IMG/VR virus record: IMGVR_UViG_2866711008_000001
Reading direction: 5' to 3' (one strand)
From: a virus
Length of the DNA stretch: 27,964 nucleotides
Shown here: piece by piece, positions 21,244-27,964 of the stretch
Layout of the letters: every line of letters starts with the position of its first letter
Numbering within the stretch: the first letter of the stretch is position 1
The notes under the pieces: generated by a model
What the model saw: the letters and a program-made list of their open reading frames with translations, nothing else
The model's database searches: none
What the model was told of the DNA's origin: nothing
Position numbers and translations under genes: made by a program

Positions 21244-21653
21244 TGCTCGCCCCCGGAGAACTCGGCCGCCGGCGCCGGCGACGCCTCCCGGGCCTCCCGG
21301 TGTTCGGCGAGCAGCTCGGCGCCGGACGGCTCCGGCACCTCCCGCTCCCCGTCGACGACGTCGAACAGCGTCGGGTCGCCCTCCAGCGTCTTCCCGGTCC
21401 GGTCCTGGTATCGCTCGGCGAGCATGTCCCGCACCCGGTCGGCCTGGACGCCGTCGACGGGCTCGATGTGCGACAGCCGGATCGTCGGGATCTCCACGCC
21501 CTCGTCGATCTCGTCGCTGACTCGCTTCACCTCGAACGCCACGACCGCGTACCGGACGCCGCGCGGCTGGTCGACCAGTTCCCGCTCGATGCGGTCCAGG
21601 CCGTTGAACTCCTTGCGCTCCCGCGTGAGCTGGGCGCTGATCTTCACGGTCAT
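21240..21653 (-). CDS. Hypothetical acidic protein (137 aa)
   Basis: ATGA-coupled start at 21653. MTVKISAQLTRERKEFNGLDRIERELVDQPRGVRYAVVAFEVKRVSDEIDEGVEIPTIRLSHIEPVDG... Confidence 0.6.
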   Translation of the reverse strand: MTVKISAQLTRERKEFNGLDRIERELVDQPRGVRYAVVAFEVKRVSDEIDEGVEIPTIRLSHIEPVDGVQADRVRDMLAERYQDRTGKTLEGDPTLFDVVDGEREVPEPSGAELLAEHREAREASPAPAAEFSGGEQ

Positions 21654-21850
21654 GGGGTGCTGTTCTCCCTCTGGTAGGTGGCGGCCAGGGCGTCGGCCCT
21701 GACCTTGTGGATCACGACGTCTGCGTAGAGCCGCAGCGCCGTCTTGGTGGCCTTCGCCCGGTCGGCCCGGGCCTGGTCCCGCTCGCGTGCCATCCGGGCC
21801 ACCTCGGGCGCACCGAGGCGGGCGAGCAGCCGCGCCCACAGGTCACGCAC
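21650..21850 (-). CDS. Hypothetical protein (66 aa)
   Basis: ORF track 21650..21850. GTG start overlaps the upstream gene by 8 nt. Helical and charged (ARMARERDQARADRAKATKTALRLYADVVIHKVRADALAATYQ). Confidence 0.5.
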   Translation of the reverse strand: MRDLWARLLARLGAPEVARMARERDQARADRAKATKTALRLYADVVIHKVRADALAATYQRENSTP

Positions 21851-22886
21851 CGGGCACCTCCCGGCGGACGATCAGCACCGTGACCGGGGTCAGCGGGTGC
21901 TCGTGGTCGATCGGCACCGTGGTGCGGTAGCCGCACGTCTCGCACTCGTCGGCGTCGTACTTCCGGATCACCCGGGTGGCGGATTCGGTGCCTTTCCGGA
22001 TCGCTTCGTTGAGCGACTGGCGGGCTCGCGTCCAGCCGGCGTTGGCGTGCGCGAGGTCGCGGCTCAGGCGGCCGATGGTGGCGGTGGCGGCGTCGAGTTC
22101 ACCGCCGAGCCGTTCGGCGCGGCGCTGCGCTTCCTCGGCCTCGCCGACCGCTTGGTCACGCTCGGCCGCGAGCCGCTGCACGTGCTCCAGATCCTTGCGG
22201 CGCCGCTCCAGGTCGGCCCCGGCCTGCCGCTCCAGCTCGGCGGTCAGCTCGTCGACGCGGTCGGCGAGCCACTGCACGGCTGGCGCGACGGCCGGCACCA
22301 TCTCGATGTCGGCCGGGATCCGCGACGGGTAGCCGTTCGGTAAGAGGATGCCCCGCACGGCGAGCAGGTCGCTCTCCGCGTCGCGGAGCCGCACGCGCCG
22401 GTCCTCGATGACCTCGGCGGCGTCGCGGTCCCGGTCGATGTGGAGCGCGCCGTAGATCCGGCCGAGGTCAGTCTCCAGCTCGTCGACGCGCTCGTACGCC
22501 TGCTCCAGCTGCACGGTCAGTCGCTCGACATCGGCGCGTAGCCGGCCGGTCTCGGCGTCCTCGGCCACGCAGCCGTCGCACAGCCCGTCGCTCGACAGGG
22601 TCAGCACCAGGTCGGAACAGCGGTGGCATGGCCGCCGGTCGTCGTCCGACTCGGCGAGCTGCTCGTCGATCGCGGCGACCTGCTCCACGTAGGCGGCCTG
22701 CGCCACCGGATCCGCAACCACCGGATCGTCGGCCGGAACCATGGTGACCACCAGGGCCGGCGGCTGCTCGTACTTGCCGCACCCGCAGCCGACCGTCTTG
22801 CAGCCCTTCCTGCCGTTCCGGTGGTCCCACTGGTTGCAGCCGCACCAGTTGCACGGGCCCGCATCCGCCATCTCGACCGCGCTCAT
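21843..22886 (-). CDS. Coiled-coil protein with N-terminal, internal and C-terminal Cys clusters (347 aa), hypothetical
   Basis: ATGA-coupled start at 22886. MSAVEMADAGPCNWCGCNQWDHRNGRKGCKTVGCGCGKY, then CHRCSD...GLCDGC, then about 200 aa of heptad-like charged sequence, then CETCGY. Confidence 0.6.
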   Translation of the reverse strand: MSAVEMADAGPCNWCGCNQWDHRNGRKGCKTVGCGCGKYEQPPALVVTMVPADDPVVADPVAQAAYVEQVAAIDEQLAESDDDRRPCHRCSDLVLTLSSDGLCDGCVAEDAETGRLRADVERLTVQLEQAYERVDELETDLGRIYGALHIDRDRDAAEVIEDRRVRLRDAESDLLAVRGILLPNGYPSRIPADIEMVPAVAPAVQWLADRVDELTAELERQAGADLERRRKDLEHVQRLAAERDQAVGEAEEAQRRAERLGGELDAATATIGRLSRDLAHANAGWTRARQSLNEAIRKGTESATRVIRKYDADECETCGYRTTVPIDHEHPLTPVTVLIVRREVPGA

Positions 22887-23497
22887 GCCGGGACCACCGG
22901 CCCCGACTCGGTGGCCAGCGTCGGCCACTTCGGCACGTCCAGCGCCCGCGTCTGGTACGAGTTCGTCACCCGCACCAGCGGCTGCCCGTACGCCGCCATC
23001 CCCATCGACAGCAGCGCAACCGCGTCACACTGGTCGCTGTCGCGCGGGTCGATCCGGATCAGCCCGCCGTACGTCGACAACACCGCCGCGATGACCTTGT
23101 CCTTGGTCACCTTGTTCTCGCCCTTGAGCGCCCCCGACCCGGTCGCCCACACCTTTAGCGTCCCGGGCTGCACATCGACGTACGGGATCCGCCACGTCCA
23201 CAGCCGGTGGAGGACGACACCGCGGAGCATGTGCAGCGGGCCGTCGCTGGCCCCGGGCCGCGAGAACGAGCCTTCGACGACGGCCAGGTGCGGCCGGCTG
23301 TTCGGTTGGAACTGGCCGTGGGACCAGCCGCAGACGGCGGCGACGTCAGCGAGGACGCGGGCGATCTTGTCGTGCAGGTCCATCAGGCCGGTGTTGACGG
23401 ACCGGCACATGGGCTGGCGTTTGCCCTGCCAGTGGGTGTGGGCGATGCCTGCCTTGGACGTCGACAGGTCCAGGGCCACCATGCGCAGCTCCGTCAC
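22883..23497 (-). CDS. RuvC-like Holliday junction resolvase (204 aa)
   Basis: GTGA-coupled GTG at 23497; an ATG at 23482 after GGAG is an alternative start. Acidic catalytic pattern: MVALDLSTSKAGIAH (Asp), AVVEGSF (Glu), PRDSDQCDAVALL (DxxD). Confidence 0.7.
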   Translation of the reverse strand: MTELRMVALDLSTSKAGIAHTHWQGKRQPMCRSVNTGLMDLHDKIARVLADVAAVCGWSHGQFQPNSRPHLAVVEGSFSRPGASDGPLHMLRGVVLHRLWTWRIPYVDVQPGTLKVWATGSGALKGENKVTKDKVIAAVLSTYGGLIRIDPRDSDQCDAVALLSMGMAAYGQPLVRVTNSYQTRALDVPKWPTLATESGPVVPA

Positions 23498-23670
23498 GAC
23501 AGCACCGCCCTGACGACAAGCAGCCCGAGGGAAACGGCCACCAGCACCAAGGCGACGATGTTCCACCGGATCGCCCGCTCGGCTTCCAGTCGCGCCATGA
23601 CGGCGTGGTAGCGCGCGCTCTCCAGGGGAGTGCGGTCGTGCGTGGCGCAGTCGGGGCAGCAGGTGATCAC
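23494..23670 (-). CDS. Small protein with an N-terminal CCxxC motif and a C-terminal TM helix (58 aa), hypothetical
   Basis: GTGA overlaps at both ends. VITCCPDCATHDRTPLESARYHAVMARLEAERAIRWNIVALVLVAVSLGLLVVRAVLS. Not in the ORF track. The competing frame (N-terminal extension of ORF 22883..23710) is Arg-rich. Confidence 0.5.
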   Translation of the reverse strand: MITCCPDCATHDRTPLESARYHAVMARLEAERAIRWNIVALVLVAVSLGLLVVRAVLS

Positions 23671-24575
23671 CGGTCCGCCCCCGACCCCGGCTGCGCCACC
23701 TCGACGTCATCCCACGCCGCCTGCGCGGCCGCCGGCGGGACCGGCGCCGACTCCACGGCGGCCGGCGCCGCCGAGGCCTGCGCGGTGATCTCGTCGGCCG
23801 TCACTCGTGCCGGGAACTCGTCGTCGGCCGACAGCTCCCCGCGCTTGATCGACGAGAACACCACGCCCAGGTCCGCGACGTCAGCGGCCGTCCACTGACC
23901 CCGCTTGCGGCCAACCCGGTCCTCGATCTGCGGCACCTTCACGCCGTACTCGGCGAACGCCGCCACCATGTCGGCGATCCGGTCCACCAGCGGCTTACCG
24001 TTGCCCCGCTCGATCGTCTGCCGGCAGATGTCCTGCGCCTCAGCCACGAAGTCGGCCGGCAGCACCGTGAAGATCGCCTCGCGGACGGCCCGGGCGCCGA
24101 TGTTCTGGTTGTTCAGGTACACGTCCGTGAGGTCGGTCAGCGGCTTGCGCTGCCCGCCGGCCATCCGGGCGTGCGGCACCTGGAAGGTCCGGCCGCTGCG
24201 GACGTTGGTCTGCTGGTCCCACGCGTACGCGCGGATCTCGGACATGCCCCGCTCGTCGTCGCGGTGCAGCTCGTGCACCCCGTAGTCGAGGTTCCCCCAG
24301 ATCCGCGCCAGCTCCCGGGCGAGGTGCACCGACGGGCCGCTGCCGCGGTTCTTCACGGCGTAGAACGCGCGGGACGCGAGGCCGGTCCGCCCGCACGCGG
24401 CCTTCATCTCCGCCCACGCCCGGTTCATGTCGCGGGGCATCTGCTGGGCGACCTGGACGGCGGCGGCGACCTCGGCGACCGCCCGGGCCTGCTCGACGGC
24501 GGTCGTCTGGGTGGTCGCGGCCGGCATGACGGCGGCCGCGCTGACGCGCTCGACGGCGCGCTGGTAGGTGCTCAC
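23667..24575 (-). CDS. Putative single-strand annealing / recombination protein, family not recognised (302 aa)
   Basis: ORF track 23667..24575, GTG start. It sits between a RecB-family exonuclease and a RuvC-like resolvase. The core ...GPSVHLARELARIWGNLDYGVHE...IRAYAWDQQTNVRSGRTFQVPH...NIGARAVREAIFTVLP... does not match RecT, Redbeta or Erf sequences as I remember them. Confidence 0.4.
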   Translation of the reverse strand: MSTYQRAVERVSAAAVMPAATTQTTAVEQARAVAEVAAAVQVAQQMPRDMNRAWAEMKAACGRTGLASRAFYAVKNRGSGPSVHLARELARIWGNLDYGVHELHRDDERGMSEIRAYAWDQQTNVRSGRTFQVPHARMAGGQRKPLTDLTDVYLNNQNIGARAVREAIFTVLPADFVAEAQDICRQTIERGNGKPLVDRIADMVAAFAEYGVKVPQIEDRVGRKRGQWTAADVADLGVVFSSIKRGELSADDEFPARVTADEITAQASAAPAAVESAPVPPAAAQAAWDDVEVAQPGSGADR

Positions 24576-24754
24576 GAACTGCTCCTGTCGGGGCGATAGA
24601 CGGTCACGTGCTCGACGAGGACGCGGACGGTGTGGCCGGTCTGGTGGACGTGCAGCCGGGCCCGCTCCCTCGTTGCGTCCGGTCGGAGGCGGTCACACTG
24701 CTCGCACTCCACCGACGGCGGGTTGGTCAGGCGGCTGATGTCGAGACGGCTCAC
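24572..24754 (-). CDS. Small hypothetical protein with a CxxC ... HxH motif (60 aa)
   Basis: GTGA overlaps at both ends. VSRLDISRLTNPPSVECEQCDRLRPDATRERARLHVHQTGHTVRVLVEHVTVYRPDRSSS. It is the tail of the spurious 304-aa ORF 24572..25486. Confidence 0.45.
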   Translation of the reverse strand: MSRLDISRLTNPPSVECEQCDRLRPDATRERARLHVHQTGHTVRVLVEHVTVYRPDRSSS

Positions 24755-25620
24755 ACCAGCTCCTGGTAGCGGTTCTCGACGTAGCCGGGCAGCGAGATCA
24801 AGGCGACGTCGTCCGTGTAGCCCGGCCACCGGCCCGACGTCGTGCACTCCCGGTACAGGTGCCGGGCTTCCCGGGCCAGGTGCTCCCCGATGCGCTTCGC
24901 GACCGGGTGCAGCTCGACCACGGTCACCAGGTACGGGGGCTTCTTCTCCTGGAAGACGAACATCAGTTCGGCGTCGTCGCCGACCAGGCCGGTCGCCCGG
25001 GCGCCGGGCAGGTAGTGGCCGCGCTGGACGTGGTAGCCCCACTCGTTGATCGCCTTGTCGAGCTTGTCGGGGGCAGCCGAGTCGCAGGTCTTGTAGTCGA
25101 CGAGCAGCGGCCGGCCGCGGCCCGGATCCGGCACCCAGTCGAGCCGGACCCGGCAGCGGATCCGCGTTTCGGTGTCCTGCCAGAACAGCGACACCTCCGC
25201 CTGGCCCCGGTCGGGGTCGAGCAGCTGCCGGGCGAGCGGGTGTTCCCGGATCGCGGCGGCCATGGCGTCGACCTTCTCCATGTCGGCCCGCTTGAGCGGC
25301 ACCCCGCCGGCCTCCCGGATCGCGGCCACCTGCGCCTTGACCTCTTTGGTGTCCCACCGGTCCCGGTCGACCAGAACGAGCTCCGGTCCGGTGCCGAGCA
25401 CGCGCAGGTGCGCGGCCTTGCCGAGGTCGAACTCCGGCTTGTGCTCCTGGCCGTTGTCGAGCCAGTGCTTGAAGAGCGCCGGGCACGATGGCGGCAGCAG
25501 CTTCCGGGCTCCGGTCGACGACAGGGATCCGCCGGGGACGGGGTCGGCGTGGTAGACGTCGTCGGGCACCCCGGGGTAGATCCCGGGGCGCTCGACGACG
25601 AACGGCTGAACCTCGGTCAC
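24751..25620 (-). CDS. PD-(D/E)XK RecB-family exonuclease (RecE/Cas4-like) (289 aa)
   Basis: ORF track 24751..25620, GTGA-coupled. Motifs AEVSLFW, CRVRLDWV, LLVDYKTC and YHVQRGHY fit the RecB nuclease motifs (E / D / D-x-K / QxxxY). Confidence 0.7.
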   Translation of the reverse strand: MTEVQPFVVERPGIYPGVPDDVYHADPVPGGSLSSTGARKLLPPSCPALFKHWLDNGQEHKPEFDLGKAAHLRVLGTGPELVLVDRDRWDTKEVKAQVAAIREAGGVPLKRADMEKVDAMAAAIREHPLARQLLDPDRGQAEVSLFWQDTETRIRCRVRLDWVPDPGRGRPLLVDYKTCDSAAPDKLDKAINEWGYHVQRGHYLPGARATGLVGDDAELMFVFQEKKPPYLVTVVELHPVAKRIGEHLAREARHLYRECTTSGRWPGYTDDVALISLPGYVENRYQELV

Positions 25621-26042
25621 GCGACGGCCATCACGGCGGGACGGATACCGGCGGCGGCCTGCTCTTCGGTGGCGATCTCGCGGAGCATTCCGCCGGCGAT
25701 CGCGCCCGGGTTGGTGGTGCCGTACCGCTCCCGCATCAGCTCCGCGACGACCTGCTCCGCGTAGATGGACAGCCGGGCGGTGGTGCCGGGCGGGGCCGGC
25801 GGCAGCACGTCGAGTGCGGCCGCGGCACCGGGCCGGAGCCGGTACCGGCGGCGGGGCGGCGTGAAGTAGGCGGCCAGGTCGTCGGACGGGCTGAGCAGCC
25901 GGCTGCCCGGTTCGGGCCGGTAGTCGGACACGTCGTGCTCGTCGGCCCGGCCGTCGCGGTCACGGCCGAGGATGAAGAGCAGAGCCACGCCCGCGCCGAT
26001 GGAGGCGAGCGGGCCGGCAGCGTCGAGCAGGTCACGCAGCAT
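25617..26042 (-). CDS. Membrane protein with an N-terminal TM helix (141 aa), hypothetical
   Basis: ORF track 25617..26042. MLRDLLDAAGPLASIGAGVALLFILGRDRDG... Confidence 0.6.
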   Translation of the reverse strand: MLRDLLDAAGPLASIGAGVALLFILGRDRDGRADEHDVSDYRPEPGSRLLSPSDDLAAYFTPPRRRYRLRPGAAAALDVLPPAPPGTTARLSIYAEQVVAELMRERYGTTNPGAIAGGMLREIATEEQAAAGIRPAVMAVA

Positions 26043-26136
26043 CGGAAGACTCCCTGGTCCAGAGGTTGGCGAGAAGAAGCTGGGCGGCCAGGAAGAGCAG
26101 CCCGAGCAGGGCGGTCACGTACTCGGCGGGCGTCAC
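26032..26136 (-). CDS. Micro-ORF encoding a single TM helix (34 aa), hypothetical
   Basis: GTGA-coupled GTG at 26136. VTPAEYVTALLGLLFLAAQLLLANLWTRESSDAA. Its stop overlaps the next ATG by 11 nt. It exactly fills an otherwise unexplained 90-nt gap. Confidence 0.4.
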   Translation of the reverse strand: MTPAEYVTALLGLLFLAAQLLLANLWTRESSDAA

Positions 26137-26483
26137 AGCACCCACCCGACCCACCCGAAGATCAGGGCGACGGCGGCGAGCAGCGCCACCACCGCGCAGA
26201 CGTAGCCGGCCACGACGCGGCGCCGGTCCGGGCGGACGTGGTCCGGGTCCGGCAGCGCGTCACGCTGGTGCTGGCGGGCGAGCCGGACCAGGGCGACGGC
26301 GAACGCGCTGGACACGCGGCCCGGGTCGATCTCGTCGGCGGTCAGCGTCACCTGGACGACGAGCTGTTCCGGCGTCATGCCCCGGTCGAGCCGGTCGCGG
26401 ACGTGGTCGACCATCCGGTCGAGCAGGTCGTTCCCGAGCGCGAGTTGCTGGTCGAGGTGGGCGATGTACTTGGGGTCGGTCAT
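26133..26483 (-). CDS. Tail-anchored membrane protein (116 aa), hypothetical
   Basis: ATG 26483 after GGGGAGG, with an ATGA overlap. MTDPKYIAHLDQQLALGNDLLDRMVDHVRDRLDRGMTPEQ... The C-terminal helix is VVAGYVCAVVALLAAVALIFGWVGWVL. Confidence 0.65.
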   Translation of the reverse strand: MTDPKYIAHLDQQLALGNDLLDRMVDHVRDRLDRGMTPEQLVVQVTLTADEIDPGRVSSAFAVALVRLARQHQRDALPDPDHVRPDRRRVVAGYVCAVVALLAAVALIFGWVGWVL

Positions 26484-26770
26484 CGGGTGCACCTCCCCGG
26501 GGTGGGCGCGGCAGCCACCCCCGCGGCTGCCGCGCCCGGCTTGGCCCCGACCGGACCGGAGACGATGTGGGGATGCCCGGATGGGCGCGGCCCGGTCGGG
26601 GAGTCGGTGTGGCCGGTGAGGGCCGGATCGGTGCGCGGGCCGCCCGGCACGAGCGGCCGGGCGAGACGCGCGAGCAGGTCGTCGGTGCACGCGAGGCACG
26701 GGCAGAACGGCGGGTGCTCGTCGACGGCGACGGCCGTCGCGGCGGCGGCCGGGAACACCGGGGGCGTCAC
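26480..26770 (-). CDS. Pro/Ala-rich hypothetical protein with a CPCLAC motif (96 aa)
   Basis: ORF track 26480..26770. GTGA overlap at the start and ATGA overlap at the end. G/C-rich third positions throughout. Confidence 0.45.
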   Translation of the reverse strand: MTPPVFPAAAATAVAVDEHPPFCPCLACTDDLLARLARPLVPGGPRTDPALTGHTDSPTGPRPSGHPHIVSGPVGAKPGAAAAGVAAAPTPGRCTR

Positions 26771-27144
26771 CGGTCCACCGCCGGACCCACGTCGATCTGG
26801 TCGCCGAACGGCATCGGGAGGATGCCGCGTGCGAACAGCAGCCGCGCGACCTCACCCACCGACACCACGTCGTTGGCGCGCAGCCAGACCGAGCCGCGCA
26901 AGCACCGGACGCCAGCGATCTGCTTGTACCGCTGCACCTCCAGCTGCCCGTCGTACAGGCTGACCCGCAGGTTGGGCAGGTCCCACACGTGCTCGACGGG
27001 CCCGTAGCCCTGGCCGGTGACGTCGGGGCCGCTCGCGTACGTGGCGTGCTCGGCGCCGACCTTGCGGGCGTAGCGGATCAGGTCGCGGATCTGGCCGACC
27101 TGGACCGGGTTGGCGAGCAGCGAAGTGGTGGCCACGGCGATCAC
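26767..27144 (-). CDS. Hypothetical protein (125 aa)
   Basis: GTGA-coupled GTG at 27144. VIAVATTSLLANPVQVGQIRDLIRYARKVGAEHATYASGPDVTGQGYGPVEHVWDLPNLRVSLYDGQLEVQRYKQ... The upstream 41 codons of ORF 26767..27267 are Arg-rich. Confidence 0.6.
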   Translation of the reverse strand: MIAVATTSLLANPVQVGQIRDLIRYARKVGAEHATYASGPDVTGQGYGPVEHVWDLPNLRVSLYDGQLEVQRYKQIAGVRCLRGSVWLRANDVVSVGEVARLLFARGILPMPFGDQIDVGPAVDR

Positions 27145-27779
27145 TCCCCGGCCTGCGCGGCGGTGGCCGGCCCAGTGACGCAGCCCGTGCCCGCCTCGCG
27201 CGCCGCGATGTGCGCGGCTCCGGCGTCGGCGTCGGCGGCAGTGAACGGGCAGTACGGGCACGTCCATGCCTTGGCCGGCAATCCCCGGAAGATGACCGAG
27301 ACGCCCTCACCGCGTTCCGGCTGACGCAGCTTCAACTGCACCTGCCGCTGCTCGCTGCCGGACCAGGTCAGCTCCACACCGAGCAGCTCCGAAACCCGCG
27401 ACACCTCGCCTTCCGGCAGCACCGCGTTGACGTCGATGCCGTACCACGACCGGAACCGCAGCTCGTGCTGCTCGATCAGGTCGGCCAGCTCCCGCAGCCC
27501 GGCGACCAGCTGCACGCGGTGCGCACCCTCGACGGCGGCGGCAACCTCACCCTCGGTCGCCAGCCGGACCAGCACGTCGGCGTACAAACGGTCACCGAAC
27601 GGCTCGCCCGCACCGACCGGGTTGACCATCACCGCGACCGTCGGGTGACCGTCACCGTCCCGGTACGGCAGGACGTAAGCGACCTCGGCCACAATGCTGC
27701 GGCTGATGATGTGCTGCCCGCGCTCCAGCTGGCCAGCGGGGACCCGGGTGACCTCGGGTCGGGTACTCTCCTGGGACAT
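27141..27779 (-). CDS. First gene of the leftward early block; hypothetical protein with a C-terminal CPYCPF motif (212 aa)
   Basis: ATG 27779 after GAAAGGA. MSQESTRPEVTRVPAGQLERGQHIISRSIVAEVAYVLPYRDGDGHPTVAVMVNPVG... The upstream 36 codons of ORF 27141..27887 run into the terminal overlap and are Arg/Pro-rich. Confidence 0.65.
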   Translation of the reverse strand: MSQESTRPEVTRVPAGQLERGQHIISRSIVAEVAYVLPYRDGDGHPTVAVMVNPVGAGEPFGDRLYADVLVRLATEGEVAAAVEGAHRVQLVAGLRELADLIEQHELRFRSWYGIDVNAVLPEGEVSRVSELLGVELTWSGSEQRQVQLKLRQPERGEGVSVIFRGLPAKAWTCPYCPFTAADADAGAAHIAAREAGTGCVTGPATAAQAGE

Positions 27780-27837
27780 CGACCGTGTCCTTTCGTGGTT
27801 GGTCGGTGATCGCGCGGGCCGCCTGGACAGAGGCGGT

Positions 27838-27964
27838 CCGCGTCTTGCTTCGGTGGCCCGTGCCGGCGACGTCGACGAAGCCGGCACGGGCTCCAGCCAG
27901 ACGGCCGGAGACTCAGGGCCGCAGCTCGTCCATGGCCTGCCAGAGGCGGGCCCGGTCGTGCTGC
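27838..27964. repeat. Terminal overlap, copy 2 (identical to 1..127)
   Basis: Exact 127-nt identity with the window start. The sequence preceding it (..gacagaggcggt) differs from anything before base 1, so the repeat is exactly 127 nt. Confidence 0.95.

Noticed and set aside
1-27964. tRNA, rRNA and other structured RNA genes
   Set aside because: Apart from the short gaps listed, essentially every base is covered by coupled coding sequence. None of the gaps (about 70-140 nt) shows a cloverleaf-compatible arrangement that I could discern by eye.

Overview
This window is a complete, very GC-rich siphovirus-type phage or prophage genome of the high-GC actinobacterial kind. Bases 1-127 are identical to bases 27838-27964, so the contig closes into a 27,837-bp circle. 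All calls come from reading the translations and DNA by eye; no database search was run.

I support 47 protein-coding genes, plus one programmed-frameshift tail chaperone product and one frame-disrupted ORF remnant. All but 3 of the genes lie on the minus strand.

- **Early block (27779 -> 16393, minus strand):** 27 genes with no intergenic base. Every junction is a start/stop overlap, mostly ATGA or GTGA. It encodes a RecB-family exonuclease, a putative annealing protein, a RuvC-like resolvase, a BldC/MerR-like HTH protein, a putative replication organiser, an HNH endonuclease, an endonuclease VII protein and many small Cys-rich proteins.
- **Late block (16301 -> 1311, minus strand):** large terminase, then a single 1085-codon ORF that joins portal, S78 prohead protease and HK97-fold capsid. 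Next come two small proteins, a beta-helix repeat protein, head-tail and tail genes, tape measure, a 922-aa minor tail protein and a lysis cassette.
- **Plus-strand cassette (315-1218):** three genes encoding small membrane or secreted proteins, behind a promoter with CTAG-core operator palindromes. It converges on the lysis genes at a shared hairpin.

The most unusual items are:
- the portal-protease-capsid fusion, which contains a relic-like internal ribosome-binding site;
- 11-bp phased iterons, a palindrome and a purine/pyrimidine tract inside the replication-organiser gene;
- a +1 (not -1) tail chaperone frameshift.

No integrase, repressor, small terminase, tRNA or CRISPR array is recognisable.
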